Shown: positions 29,396 to 39,977 of the stretch, piece by piece
Position numbering within the stretch: position 1 is the stretch's first letter
Layout: the number at the start of each line of letters is the position of its first letter
IMG/VR virus record: IMGVR_UViG_3300011008_000999
Source of the DNA: a virus
Lineage: Duplodnaviria; Caudoviricetes
Length of the DNA: 64,000 nucleotides
Reading direction: 5' to 3' (one strand)
Notes under the pieces: generated by a model
Told to the model about the DNA's origin: nothing
Seen by the model: the letters and a program-made list of their open reading frames with translations, nothing else
Database searches by the model: none
Translations under genes and position numbers: made by a program

Positions 29396-29680
29396 TTATC
29401 CTTCGTACAATTCAAATCTGTACGTTTGTTTAATGTTTGGGTACTTGTTATGATCTACTTCCGACATAAACATATCGAAAGGTCGTGCATACGTAAGTTT
29501 CTCACCATACAATGCTTTGTATATGATTAACTTTTCCTTTGTTTCTGTATGGTTTGCTATATCAAGAATTTCGTATAAGTACTGAGTACCTTTTTCTCCT
29601 TCAATCATTTCTCTTTTGAAATGTTGAACAATATCACCTGGTCTAAAATCATGGACCTTAATGTCAGTAATCTGCAACAT
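29396..29680 (-). CDS. DUF1653 protein
   Basis: QHFK..Y....IANHTET.E.LIIYKALY....YARPFDMFMSEVD..KYP...Q.YRFE. Confidence 0.9.
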   Translation of the reverse strand: MLQITDIKVHDFRPGDIVQHFKREMIEGEKGTQYLYEILDIANHTETKEKLIIYKALYGEKLTYARPFDMFMSEVDHNKYPNIKQTYRFELYEG

Positions 29681-29960
29681 AATAATCTCCTTTATTAACG
29701 TACATTTCTATCTATATAAAAACTACAAACTGTAGTGTTATTTTTAATTATTAGACCAAAATTCCCATGCAGAATCTGACATATTAGATAATACTGCAAT
29801 ATCATCAGTTCTGATAATACCTGCTTTATTTTTCCATATAACAGTACATTCAGAAACCATATCAACTAGTTCACATCCATGTGCGTTTAGTATTCTAACT
29901 GCCTGGTCTTTCATATTGACTACCTCATTATAACTAGAGCCACTTTTATTGTTTATATTC

Positions 29961-29993
29961 ATTATAAACAGCTTTCAAAAATATGTAAATAGT
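29961..29993 (-). promoter_or_regulatory. Conserved promoter ACTATTTACA-N17-TATAAT
   Basis: Consensus motif. Confidence 0.85.
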
Positions 29994-30302
29994 TTTTTGA
30001 AAAAAGTTACAACTTTTTACAAAATAAAAGAGTAATGCAGAAATTATCTGCACCACTCGTTAAAATCATTCATCATTTGTTCTTCTTTTATCTCTTTATC
30101 CATAGCATCAAAGAGTACACATGGAACGTAAAGTAGTCCTACACAAAGTAGTATTAGTAACCAAAAAGCTTTCATTACAACCCACAAAATACTATATATG
30201 ATTTTTATTATAGTGTCCTTTCTTAAATGAAGAAAGACCTGTCATAATAGTTTTACAACAGGTCCTTCAATATATGGAGGTATTTTTTGAAAAATGTCTT
30301 AT

Positions 30303-31313
30303 TTACTCAAGAGCTCTGAGGAGATCTTCAGCAGTGAGCTTGAACTCAATGATTTCAGCAGCTCTATCTGCAAGAGGCTGAGGAATAGGCTGAGGATGTC
30401 CATCAACATTAAGGTTCATAGTTCCATAGATCTTGAAGTTAGGGTGAATCTTAATGTTACGACCCTTATAATCGATAGATTCCTTATTATCAGTAATAGT
30501 CTGAAGGAATCTAAGTGTAGGATAAGGAAGAAGATTGATCTCATCAAGAAGAATCTGCTCTCCGTTTTCCATTGCCTTGCAAATATCAGATGCATCAAAG
30601 TTAGGCTTACCATCAGTAAACGCAAAATTCTGAACGATATCTGCAGGAAGCATATCAGATGCGCAAGGAATCTGCTTAGAAGTAAGTTCAGTTGCTCTGT
30701 ATGTTTTACCGGCACCAGGAGCGCCGTAGTAAATTACAAGTCTTGTATTGATTGGCTTAGGTGTAGGTCCACTAGACTTAAGCAGTGCAACCATCTTTGC
30801 AAACTCAGGAGATTTAACCTTTTCAGCAATTGACTGTGCATCAGGATGATCCTGCACGTAGAAGTAATTTCTTGTATATGCCTGAGGATCAGCACTAAGT
30901 ACAAGGCAGTTAACAAATCTGAGAGAAATATCAACTTTCCATTCATCAAAGAAATTGATAAGAGTCTGAAGTGCCTGTTTAGCTTTAGTCTTATCAAGAA
31001 CTTTCTTCACCTCACCAGTAACAGGATCAACTTCAACTGCTGTTGTAGCGTAAATTCTATTAGGAATCTCTTCTGCAGGAATACCGAGCATAGTAAGGAT
31101 CTGAGTGAGCGCGATATTCTTCTCTTCAAGAGTTTTATTAGTAAGTCTATGAATAGCAAGAATTTTTTCTCCTGCCTTGTACTCATCAGGATTGTCCTTC
31201 TCAGTGTAAAGACGCTCAGTATGATCACCAGGCTCCTTATTAAACATATCAGTAGCGATCTGATTTGTCTGCCTATAAATGAATGTCTTGGTCTGTCTAT
31301 TAATTGTTGCCAT
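30303..31313 (-). CDS. MoxR/AAA_5-type AAA+ ATPase
   Basis: YGAPGAGKT, ILLDEINLL, IHPNFKIYGTMN, PLADR; start MATINR after GGAGG. Confidence 0.88.
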   Translation of the reverse strand: MATINRQTKTFIYRQTNQIATDMFNKEPGDHTERLYTEKDNPDEYKAGEKILAIHRLTNKTLEEKNIALTQILTMLGIPAEEIPNRIYATTAVEVDPVTGEVKKVLDKTKAKQALQTLINFFDEWKVDISLRFVNCLVLSADPQAYTRNYFYVQDHPDAQSIAEKVKSPEFAKMVALLKSSGPTPKPINTRLVIYYGAPGAGKTYRATELTSKQIPCASDMLPADIVQNFAFTDGKPNFDASDICKAMENGEQILLDEINLLPYPTLRFLQTITDNKESIDYKGRNIKIHPNFKIYGTMNLNVDGHPQPIPQPLADRAAEIIEFKLTAEDLLRALE

Positions 31314-31366
31314 AGTACTTACCTCCATAATGCTTGTACTAAATCAATCATTTATTTTATGATTTT

Positions 31367-31399
31367 ATTATAACAAGAAAACATACTAATGTAAATAGT
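31367..31399 (-). promoter_or_regulatory. Conserved promoter ACTATTTACA-N17-TATAAT
   Basis: Consensus motif; another copy at 31750-31782 (TATTAT). Confidence 0.85.
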
Positions 31400-31810
31400 T
31401 TTTATTCAACTTTTTCAAAAATATTTTAATTTTTATTCTCACAAAATATTTCTTCAAAAGTTTTTGCAGGAACTTCAATCATAGACAAAATTACATTAAT
31501 TGCACGTAACTTTTGTTCTTTAGTATGTTTAGTATCGTGCATAATCTTCAGTATCTTATCTGCTACGATAAACTTTTGAGATTCTTCTGGAACATTATAA
31601 TTATATGAATATACTGTATTATCTCCAGATTTATTGAATATATCAGTACTAATAGTAACTTTAGTATGTTCTTTATTAGATTCCTTATAAATAAACATTG
31701 ACATCCAATCTCCTCTATGATGTAAGTTAATAGTTTATTTTATAGGAATATAATAACATGTTTAGAGGTAAATGTAAATAGTATTTTTATATATTTTATA
31801 AAATTGTTCT

Positions 31811-32245
31811 TTAAAAATCCTCCTTGTCTAATTTATGAGAATATATAATAGGAACTATTGATAATCCCATCAAAATCCAAGCAATAGTTATTGGAATATT
31901 TATACTAAAGAAACACCATAAACCTGCAAATAATAATGCTACACCTATTCCAAATATGAGTTTATACTTAGGTTTAATTATAACAAATCTAATACCATTA
32001 ACTAATAACCACAATATTAGTAAAATATTACCTATAGTGCATAATGCATTCATTAGAGGTATATTATATTTAGAAGCTATTTCTGTATACTTATCACCAA
32101 TCCACGGTCCAGTAAATTCATTAAAAGTTAATTCAAACATATAGTTGAACGTAACAATTGTAGTACCTACTATAATTACAAAAAGAACTATTTCAGTAAT
32201 TGTAAGTATAATTAGTTTTTTCTTATTATAAGATAATAACTTCAT
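31811..32245 (-). CDS. Hypothetical membrane protein
   Basis: About 4 hydrophobic segments. Confidence 0.6.
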   Translation of the reverse strand: MKLLSYNKKKLIILTITEIVLFVIIVGTTIVTFNYMFELTFNEFTGPWIGDKYTEIASKYNIPLMNALCTIGNILLILWLLVNGIRFVIIKPKYKLIFGIGVALLFAGLWCFFSINIPITIAWILMGLSIVPIIYSHKLDKEDF

Positions 32246-32267
32246 ATTTTATTCCTCTCTTTGTCGG

Positions 32268-32780
32268 TCATCGAATTGAAATAGACTTCATTTCCGCTTC
32301 TGTTAATACTTCAAATGGACTAACATACCACTTAAATGCTTTGTAATCTGCATACGTGACGTCTCTCATTTGATGATATAGCTTAATATTTGCACTATCT
32401 ATAGTCATCCAATAGTATTTTACATTATTAGTATATTGTTCACTCATTCTATATTCTTGACCAGGTTTTACTATAACATGCTTCATACACATGTCTTCAG
32501 GATTTATTTCTATAAAAGCACCATAATGTCCAATAACTATTCTATTATATCTATTAGCTATTTTGATCTTATTATCCGTAAATAGTTCTAAATTCTTTCC
32601 TTCTATATAAAAACCTGGTTTATTTTCTACTTCAAAAACTTGCCCAGAAAAATAAATAGGAAGAGTACTAATGTACTTTTTCATATTGATCTTAGCTATA
32701 AGATTAGGTAGTAATTTATACTTATACTGTTTAGCAAGTCTATCTTGTAAAACAAGCATTTCGCTACCAATTTCAGTCAT
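32268..32780 (-). CDS. Hypothetical protein
   Basis: RIVIGHYGAFIE...Q...V.YADYK..KWYVSP; RBS present. Confidence 0.7.
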   Translation of the reverse strand: MTEIGSEMLVLQDRLAKQYKYKLLPNLIAKINMKKYISTLPIYFSGQVFEVENKPGFYIEGKNLELFTDNKIKIANRYNRIVIGHYGAFIEINPEDMCMKHVIVKPGQEYRMSEQYTNNVKYYWMTIDSANIKLYHQMRDVTYADYKAFKWYVSPFEVLTEAEMKSISIR

Positions 32781-33399
32781 TTATTAAATTCCCTCCAATA
32801 ATAGTTAGTCTCTATTTATCACTTTAACTGATATTAGCGACTTTAGATAATCAGCAAACTCACAATCATTATCATTCATATAAAAGCCAGGACAAAAGTT
32901 ACCTTCATACCACTGCTGAGCGTTATTAGTTAATTCTTTATCTTCTATCTCTTGTCCGTTGAAATAGTTTTCTAACTGCTGGAGTAATGCTTTACCTTTC
33001 TCATCTTGATATACTCCATTATTCATACATATCTATTCAACATGTCAAATCCAAACATTCCAAGTTTTGGGTATCGACTGGCTAACTCTTTTTGTTTATC
33101 TGAATAAGCCGGTACCATTTTATCTCCTATCTGCCTAGTAAGACTCATTACTATATTCGGTATGTTCTTACTACGCTGTAAATTGTCTAATTCTTTTGGT
33201 GTTAAATCTACACTCATTTAGAGCCTCCATTTATGCCAATATACAAATTTCTTCAAAAGTTCAAATTTAATAATTTTGAATATTGAATATATCTATATAT
33301 TAGCATATTAGGGTATCATTTTTTGCAATATATCAATACACAAAGCAATATCATACATGATATATGCAATCATCTTATTTCCTTTATGTTTGACGGGAA

Positions 33400-34512
33400 C
33401 TATAAATCTCTTTTTCGTTCTTGAAAATCAGTCTCGTTATAAGAATAATAATCTGCAAATGTTAAATATTCACTCTGATATTCATTTTGATGTGTAACTA
33501 CTATCTTATAATCATAACCTTCAGCATCTACTTTAATTCTATTAAGAAGCTGATCAGCTAGATTCTTATCAAATAGACCATATCTGAGGGTTCCCTGATA
33601 ATCATTAGGATGATTCGTTTTATCAACCATAGAACTATTTATATTATCTATAGAAGTTTCACCAGGAAACACACCATTACCATGTTTAGTGAGATATGAT
33701 CGTGTTACATAATATGGAATAACTTCTTCAGATGTAAGTTCTTTAATATAAGTCATTCCAGTTCTTGTAGGTGTTCCCCATGTATCAGTATATCTATCTA
33801 ACAGTAATCCTTGAGCATTTTCAAAAACTACTACATCATATTCTTTTTCAATTGACTTATAACTGCGTACATTTACAATCATTGTCATATTAACTGTATC
33901 TGCAGCATAATTTTCAAGAAGATTATCTGAATAGAATATGTCATACTCATCCGCGGTAAGTATGATTCCATATTCTATAAGAACATTCTTAAAATAAGTA
34001 TCTCTAAGTGTTTTAAACTTTTCTACAACTTCTGCAGTACTAATACCAAGTATATCTTTCCAATATATAGGTTGTCCAGCTTCATTTCTACGAACTGTTT
34101 CCCATATACCATAACCACAACTACCATGACGCTTATCGCGTCGCTGCTCAACCATACGATTGATTAACATATCAAATGGAGTTGTTATTGTGCAATCTTC
34201 ATCAATATAGATTCTGTTCATTGGCTCCATGGTTTTCTTAAGTTCATAATACTCATCCATAAAGAGCATTGGATTAACCATATAGAACTTAGAAAAATAG
34301 ATGTCTGCGTATGAAAATCCTGCACCAAAATGTGAATATACATGACGATTTCCATCTTTGTCATAAGCAGTATGACCACGCTGACATCCACCATTTGTAA
34401 GAACATTTATAACTGACTTATTATGAAGTTTAGCCTCGCGGCAAAGTTTATTTGCCACGAGACCTTTACCTTCATCGCCGTAATTTGCACCGATTACCGC
34501 GTATCTTACCAT
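33400..34512 (-). CDS. Adenylosuccinate synthetase-like protein (short, divergent PurA family)
   Basis: GANYGDEGKG, NGGCQRGHT, HGSCGYG, VFENAQGLLLD, TRSYLTKHGNG. Confidence 0.85.
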   Translation of the reverse strand: MVRYAVIGANYGDEGKGLVANKLCREAKLHNKSVINVLTNGGCQRGHTAYDKDGNRHVYSHFGAGFSYADIYFSKFYMVNPMLFMDEYYELKKTMEPMNRIYIDEDCTITTPFDMLINRMVEQRRDKRHGSCGYGIWETVRRNEAGQPIYWKDILGISTAEVVEKFKTLRDTYFKNVLIEYGIILTADEYDIFYSDNLLENYAADTVNMTMIVNVRSYKSIEKEYDVVVFENAQGLLLDRYTDTWGTPTRTGMTYIKELTSEEVIPYYVTRSYLTKHGNGVFPGETSIDNINSSMVDKTNHPNDYQGTLRYGLFDKNLADQLLNRIKVDAEGYDYKIVVTHQNEYQSEYLTFADYYSYNETDFQERKRDL

Positions 34513-35399
34513 GTGATTACTCCGTTTTCTTTCTTAAGACCTGTGCTAGTAGTACCAGATGCTTTACCGGCATTATTATTGATAACTTCCGTAATCTTAT
34601 CTGCTACATCATCAAGAGTTGCACAGATTACTCGATCTTCTCCCATAACCTTAGCAAATGTAGGACCACAGTTTTCAAAGCTATAAAAGCTTCTAGAAGA
34701 GTTGTGATTTACGTGGATGTGGAAGCATTCAAATTTCTTGCTAACTTCCTGATAAAGAGCATTTGTATCAATATCTTCCTCGATAATATCACCGAATACA
34801 GACTCGAAACTAGCTCTTCCACCACGCTTAGGAAGATAAGGATTGATAGGCTCATCACCCATAGTAATGATAATACCTTTCTTATTTCTCTTATCAATAG
34901 CGTCGATCTTAGTGTGGTTGAGTGCGAAGTACCAAGCAAGTGTGTAAGATTCAAATCCGTTACCACCGCCACCAAACTCGAAGTAGATCTTTTCAAGCTG
35001 ATCTGCGATACGAATATCAGATTCGAACTGAGATGCCTGAGCAGGAACTGAATCACAAGCCATATCACCAATTCCCATAATAAGGAACTGCACGTCCGGC
35101 ATTGTCTTATAAAGTTCAGTCATAACTACATTGATCTTCTTAGCAACTTCAACAGCGGCCTGTCCCATAGAACCGGTAACGTCAAGTGCAAGGATTACTG
35201 GAACAACATTAGGATGTTCATCAGAATCACAACACTCGCGAGTTACATTTTTAGGATCAAGCATAGGATTGAGATCATAGGACTTAAAAATCTCCTGATT
35301 GCTGTAATTACCATCTACAACACCACTGGCACTTACACTACGTCCTTTAGAACTAGAATAACTTCTGAAAGCAGAATCAGACCAACTACCGTAACCCAT
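34506..35399 (-). CDS. VWA domain protein
   Basis: RECCDSDEHP...ILALDVTGSMG, QFESD, GGGGNGFESY, ITMGDE. Confidence 0.85.
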   Translation of the reverse strand: MGYGSWSDSAFRSYSSSKGRSVSASGVVDGNYSNQEIFKSYDLNPMLDPKNVTRECCDSDEHPNVVPVILALDVTGSMGQAAVEVAKKINVVMTELYKTMPDVQFLIMGIGDMACDSVPAQASQFESDIRIADQLEKIYFEFGGGGNGFESYTLAWYFALNHTKIDAIDKRNKKGIIITMGDEPINPYLPKRGGRASFESVFGDIIEEDIDTNALYQEVSKKFECFHIHVNHNSSRSFYSFENCGPTFAKVMGEDRVICATLDDVADKITEVINNNAGKASGTTSTGLKKENGVITW

Positions 35400-35402
35400 A
35401 GA

Positions 35403-36032
35403 TTAGTCCTCCTTCTCTTCATCGTCGTCTTCGTCTTCGTCAACTGCCTCAGCAGTATCTGCATCACCGTCATTCATGATATTGAAAATGTCACCGAAGA
35501 AATCATCTCCGCCATTTCCATTCATGAGCATCATCATCGGAAACATGCCGGACATGTTATTACCCATGCCATTGTTTCCGTTCATCATCTGAGACATCAT
35601 CATGTACTTGAAGATTCTGTTTGTTCCCTTACCTCTGAAGTCAGTACCGAAAAGAGATACGATCTTACCGTAGAAGTAAGTATTACCCATGAAGACGTGT
35701 CTCTCAGGAATAATATCCTCAAGACGAGAATCTTCATAATCAAGAACCTTGATGCTCTTGTCTTCATTGACCTTTATTACACACTTAGGCTTGCCATTTG
35801 CGATGATAATATCACCGGTAGCAACCTTATTTGTAGGGATCATGAAGAAACAATCCATGTTAGCACCAATGTTGAAGACGAAGTTGTTACAGTTAACAAG
35901 CTTGTTCTTCTTTACATTGTACGTCTTGTAGCCATTAGATGTCTTAATGGCAATGTCGCCGTTCATAGACAGCCTACACATATCAGATCCAATCTTACCG
36001 AACATGTTGTCAAGAAAATTACCATTTCCCAT
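35403..36032 (-). CDS. Hypothetical protein with Met/Gly/Asn-rich and acidic tail
   Basis: First gene after promoter 36085-36117, strong codon bias. Confidence 0.75.
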   Translation of the reverse strand: MGNGNFLDNMFGKIGSDMCRLSMNGDIAIKTSNGYKTYNVKKNKLVNCNNFVFNIGANMDCFFMIPTNKVATGDIIIANGKPKCVIKVNEDKSIKVLDYEDSRLEDIIPERHVFMGNTYFYGKIVSLFGTDFRGKGTNRIFKYMMMSQMMNGNNGMGNNMSGMFPMMMLMNGNGGDDFFGDIFNIMNDGDADTAEAVDEDEDDDEEKED

Positions 36033-36084
36033 AATTTGTTTTCCTTTCTGTTTATAAATATGGATTTTTTGGTTTAACAGTTAT

Positions 36085-36117
36085 ATTATAATCTGTTTCT
36101 AGACAATTGTAAATAGT
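36085..36117 (-). promoter_or_regulatory. Conserved promoter ACTATTTACA-N17-TATAAT
   Basis: Consensus motif. Confidence 0.85.
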
Positions 36118-36119
36118 TT

Positions 36120-37929
36120 TTATGAACCAAATGTAGAATCTTCATCATCGTCTTCCATGTCTTCTTCACGCTTCTTAGCAAATGGGTTAGAAGTAAGAAG
36201 GTTTACATCATAAATAGACTTGATACGAATAATACCATTACGATTCAATCTATCAATCATGAAGCAAGTACCTGTAGGAAAGTTAGTTGCTGATGATACA
36301 ATTGAATCTACATCAATAGCTGAAGATGGATTGATCTTAGACGTATCAAATGCATCTAAGAACAGCTGTGCTTCTTCCATAGATGACTTGAACATAAACT
36401 TAGTTGTAATGTAGTTTGCAATACCCTTAGGGAAGTGAGAAATACCCTGAGACGCAAGTACAGTAGCAACATTAAGTGAACGACCAAGAACAAGGAATCT
36501 ATCTATAATAGCACCCATCTCCTTGTTACCAAATAATAAGTGCGCCTCATCACAAATAAGTGTTGTAGGAATCTTATTATCACCAGAAAGAATATCAAGT
36601 AACTTTGTAGTTATAATATAAAGAATAGCTGATGTAAATCTTTCATTTGCATCATAGTCTTCAGGTTTCTTAGAATAATCAGGAAGACTAAGACCATGTA
36701 ATGAAATAACCATAGAATCTGTAGATGAAAGTACAAGTGGCTTTACATTTGTTTCACGAGTAAAGAGTAACTTACCATACTTGTTATCTTCAAACATCTT
36801 AAGCAATGTACCAACAGTCTGAGCATATTCATTCTGGTTAGCATAAAGATAGTCTGCAACATCCTGCATATCATAATAATCGCCAGTAGTTTTAGCTCTA
36901 GTAACAAAGTCTGTTACAATAGGTGTAATACCAATAATAGTATTTCTTTCAAGCTTACCACACATGATTTCAATAACAGTCATAAGTGTAGCAGTATCAA
37001 TATACTTAATATTACCTTTCTCGTCGATTTTCTTTAAGAATTCGAACGGATTTAAAGCACCTGGACGAATCTTATTGATGTCAATAATACTGATGTTAGG
37101 ATTTACATTATACAACTTATCAAAGTCGTTTTTAGGGTCAATAGCAATAACTCTTTGACCCATACCTAAACAATTTGCTGCAATATTTAATAGTGCAAAT
37201 GTCTTACCTGAACCAGGAGAACCTACTACAATAGTAATATCGATAGGTAAGCCTTTGAAGTTATCTCCAGCTTTTCCCCCGATCCACACCGTGCATGCGA
37301 TTTTCATCGCACACGGCGTTCCATCAAGATTTAATTATTCTCGAGTTACAATTAAACCATTGACTTGTGGCCATTACTACTATTCTCATTACAAGAATTA
37401 TCGACGCTTCGACCACTACTTTTCAGCATTAGTTAAGTAGCTTATTATTCTTCGTCTACAATCTAAATCGACTAATACCTTTCCTCGTTCCAATATATTC
37501 TATCTGTACATATACTTTTAGGTGCCTACTTTAGACTAATTTAGCTTGGATGTACCCGCCTGATAAATCATTCGTACAACATAGTATTTCATAGCCAAGC
37601 ATTTTACTTTACTACACTAAATTATCTGTATACTTCGTAGGTTCGTCAGATTTCGTTATCATTCTCACCATGAGTATTTTATAGACTTCCGGCATATTCT
37701 GCCGACTTTACCGAGCTTCTAACAATTAAAGTTTCCTTATATATTGCTAGTCGAAGATTAAAGAATGTGTTTCAAGTCGTTACTCTATCATTCCACATTT
37801 CGAATATATTAGTTCTCCATACATAACTGTATGTGTTTAGCCTTTGTGTATTTAAGCTAAAAACGAGTCGCACCCTGGCGCATTATTTACCATCTGAGCA
37901 GTTGTAGGACTCCATTTGATAGTACTCAT
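36120..37929 (-). CDS. VirB4/ConE-like conjugation ATPase, two exons (37874-37929 + 36120-37236), 390 aa spliced
   Basis: Spliced start MSTIKWSPTTAQMVNNAPG|TIVVGSPGSGKT; IDPKND, LNPF, ICDEAH, GRSLN...ASQ. Confidence 0.82.
37237..37873 (-). mobile_element. ORF-less group II intron (637 nt, class B-like)
   Basis: 5' GTGCGACTCG; domain V GAACGCCGTGTGCGATGAAAATCGCATGCACGGTGTG; domain VI ending CCTATCGATAT; EBS1 CTTGGC (37594-37599) complements IBS1 GCCAGG; excision restores the frame. Confidence 0.92.
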
Positions 37930-37932
37930 TTT

Positions 37933-38967
37933 CTAATTTTCCTCCTTTACTATAGGTCCAACTGAATAAACAGTTCCTTTATTAGTTTTGTTTCTATATA
38001 ATTTTGGAATAGGCATAATAAAATTATTCTTATTAAAGTCTAATTTAGAATATATGTCTTTTCCTAAAATTAACGATTTTAATAATAGCTTTTGTTGTTC
38101 AAAATCTTCAAATTCATATATATGTATTAGACGTATTCCTTTATCTTTGCATAATAATGATTTTTTGAGATGATAATCTTTACTACATCCATTTTCTGTA
38201 GAATGCCAATAGTTTCCATTAAATTCTATAGCTAGCTTTAAATCTGGTAAAAATATATCTAATTCATTTGGATATATAATCTTACGTCTATTTTCTAATA
38301 CTGGTCCAGTATAAAATGACTTAATATAATTTACTAAATCTTTTTCTTTATACGACATTCCAGCATTAGGTGTTATAGAACTTTTGTATTTTACTATTTT
38401 ATCTATATCTGAGTTTTTAACAAATGCATGTGCTTTATATATAGTAATATCCACAATATGTCTCCAACTATCACCATATTCTGGTATTAAATCTGTAACT
38501 AATGTACAATCATTTTCTTTTGCATACTGATCTAATAATTGTTGTTTAGTTAACTTCATTTTAGCCGAATTTACATATATCTCTGAACCATAACGTTCTT
38601 TACAAGTTTGTCTAGTTCTTTGCTGACATTCTTGAGATTTAACTGTATTAGATATTTTTCTTTTTCTTTCAGTAGTATCACCATTCCAAACATTACTTAA
38701 TTTTTGTCTAGTTTCTTTAGAAAATGTATGACCGTAAAAACTATTTAACTTACCTACTTTAGTTTTTCCTATTTCACTGAGTTTTTTATTTCTATTAAGT
38801 CTAACACATTCTGGACATTTACTACTTTTATAAAGAATTTGATGTACAGTTTTAACATAACTGCCATGTGTATCACATACTAACGTTATTGGTGTATCAT
38901 ATGTTACATCATTATATGTAAGATTTGGAAATACTGAATTGAGTCTATTTGCTAAATATGTACTCAT
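37933..38967 (-). CDS. Free-standing Vsr-like (PD-(D/E)xK) homing endonuclease
   Basis: C..HG and CPEC zinc motifs, NUMOD3-like NSFYGHTFSKETRQKLS, ELDIFLPDLKLAIEFNGNYWHS, IRLIHIYE. Confidence 0.82.
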   Translation of the reverse strand: MSTYLANRLNSVFPNLTYNDVTYDTPITLVCDTHGSYVKTVHQILYKSSKCPECVRLNRNKKLSEIGKTKVGKLNSFYGHTFSKETRQKLSNVWNGDTTERKRKISNTVKSQECQQRTRQTCKERYGSEIYVNSAKMKLTKQQLLDQYAKENDCTLVTDLIPEYGDSWRHIVDITIYKAHAFVKNSDIDKIVKYKSSITPNAGMSYKEKDLVNYIKSFYTGPVLENRRKIIYPNELDIFLPDLKLAIEFNGNYWHSTENGCSKDYHLKKSLLCKDKGIRLIHIYEFEDFEQQKLLLKSLILGKDIYSKLDFNKNNFIMPIPKLYRNKTNKGTVYSVGPIVKEEN

Positions 38968-39125
38968 TCATCTTCCTCCACCTTATCTTCTACTTTATTT
39001 TCTACTGTATTACTATTTTCATCTAAATATAATTTCTGTCCTTTTCCAGGACGTCCTACTATAAAAGTATTTTGTGAATTATTTTCTATTTTAGCTGTTG
39101 CTGGATTCCATGTAATTGATGACAT
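38964..39125 (-). pseudogene. Orphan duplicate of the ATPase N-terminus (53 aa)
   Basis: MSSITWNPATAKIENNSQNTFIVGRPGKGQ aligns with MSTIKWSPTTAQMVNNAPGTIVVGSPGSGK; RBS GGAGG; stop overlaps the endonuclease ATG. Confidence 0.8.
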
Positions 39126-39977
39126 TTTTCACCTCCATATGAAAAATAAAGAGCTCCAGAAAACTCTGAAGCTCATTGATAACTTATTGAAATTTTGTTA
39201 GTGGTAAAAAGTTATTATAACATACTGAACATTCTCGATAACTTCGTCCATGTTCATCCTTATACCGTTTAGATTCAAAGCTTTCCTTAAAAGAGATTTG
39301 TTGTCCACAATGAATGCAATTGATAGTAGTATCATCTTCAGCATTAGTAACAACATTCCAACCATTAGGAATTGTAGCTTCACTATACTTGCCATTAACG
39401 ATATTATACCGATGTACGATCATTGTCAATCCTCCTTAGTAAAAACGAGTAATAACTTCAGGTTTAGTTACATTCAATTCATCATCAGAATATCTAAATT
39501 TCTTCTTAAGATAAATTGCAATTCTATACGCATCATTATTATTTGATCGATAACCATGTCTGTCTTTATTTGAAGCAATGTCAAAAAACTGCTCAATAAA
39601 GTCTGAAAGTTCTTCAGTTGACTTTGTAGTCATAATTGTGATACTCGCACATACATCTCCATATGCATCTGATCTAAGGGTTAAGGTTAGTGTTCTCATT
39701 TTATAATTTCCTTTCTTATTTAGTTATCTTCCTTCATTCGCATAAATCCATGCTTCATGACCTTTGTATTCCCAGAGCTTAATCTTTTCAATTCCGCTCT
39801 CAATCTCAATATCATACTTAGTGAATTCCTTTGCTTCCTCACCAGTATCTTCTGCAATCCACTGTTCTTTCATTGTTACTTGTCTGTCAGTTCGTTCTAC
39901 AACTGTGTAATGAACATCACCACCATATAACATAGTTCCTCTATAAGTCTTACCTACTTCAAACTTATTATCCATAG

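Noticed and set aside
29981-29993. Xer/dif-like recombination sites at the tgtaaatag motif
   Set aside because: Only partial resemblance to an XerD arm, no paired XerC arm; the exact 17-nt spacing to TATAAT fits promoters better
30294-31373. Plus-strand ORFs 30294-30833 and 30846-31373
   Set aside because: Antisense shadows of the codon-biased MoxR gene; a GGAGG lies ~13 nt before 30294 but there is no plus-strand promoter or recognisable product
33400-34512. PurZ / Z-genome pathway
   Set aside because: Catalytic Asp of GDEGKG is retained (PurZ has Ser) and no dATPase/MazZ partner is recognisable
34452-36077. Long plus-strand ORFs (199 and 287 aa)
   Set aside because: Antisense to well-supported genes, atypical composition, no RBS
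37237-37440. ORF-track start MKIACTVW... and plus-strand ORF 37255-37440
   Set aside because: Both lie in group II intron domains IV-VI; the true start is exon 1 at 37929
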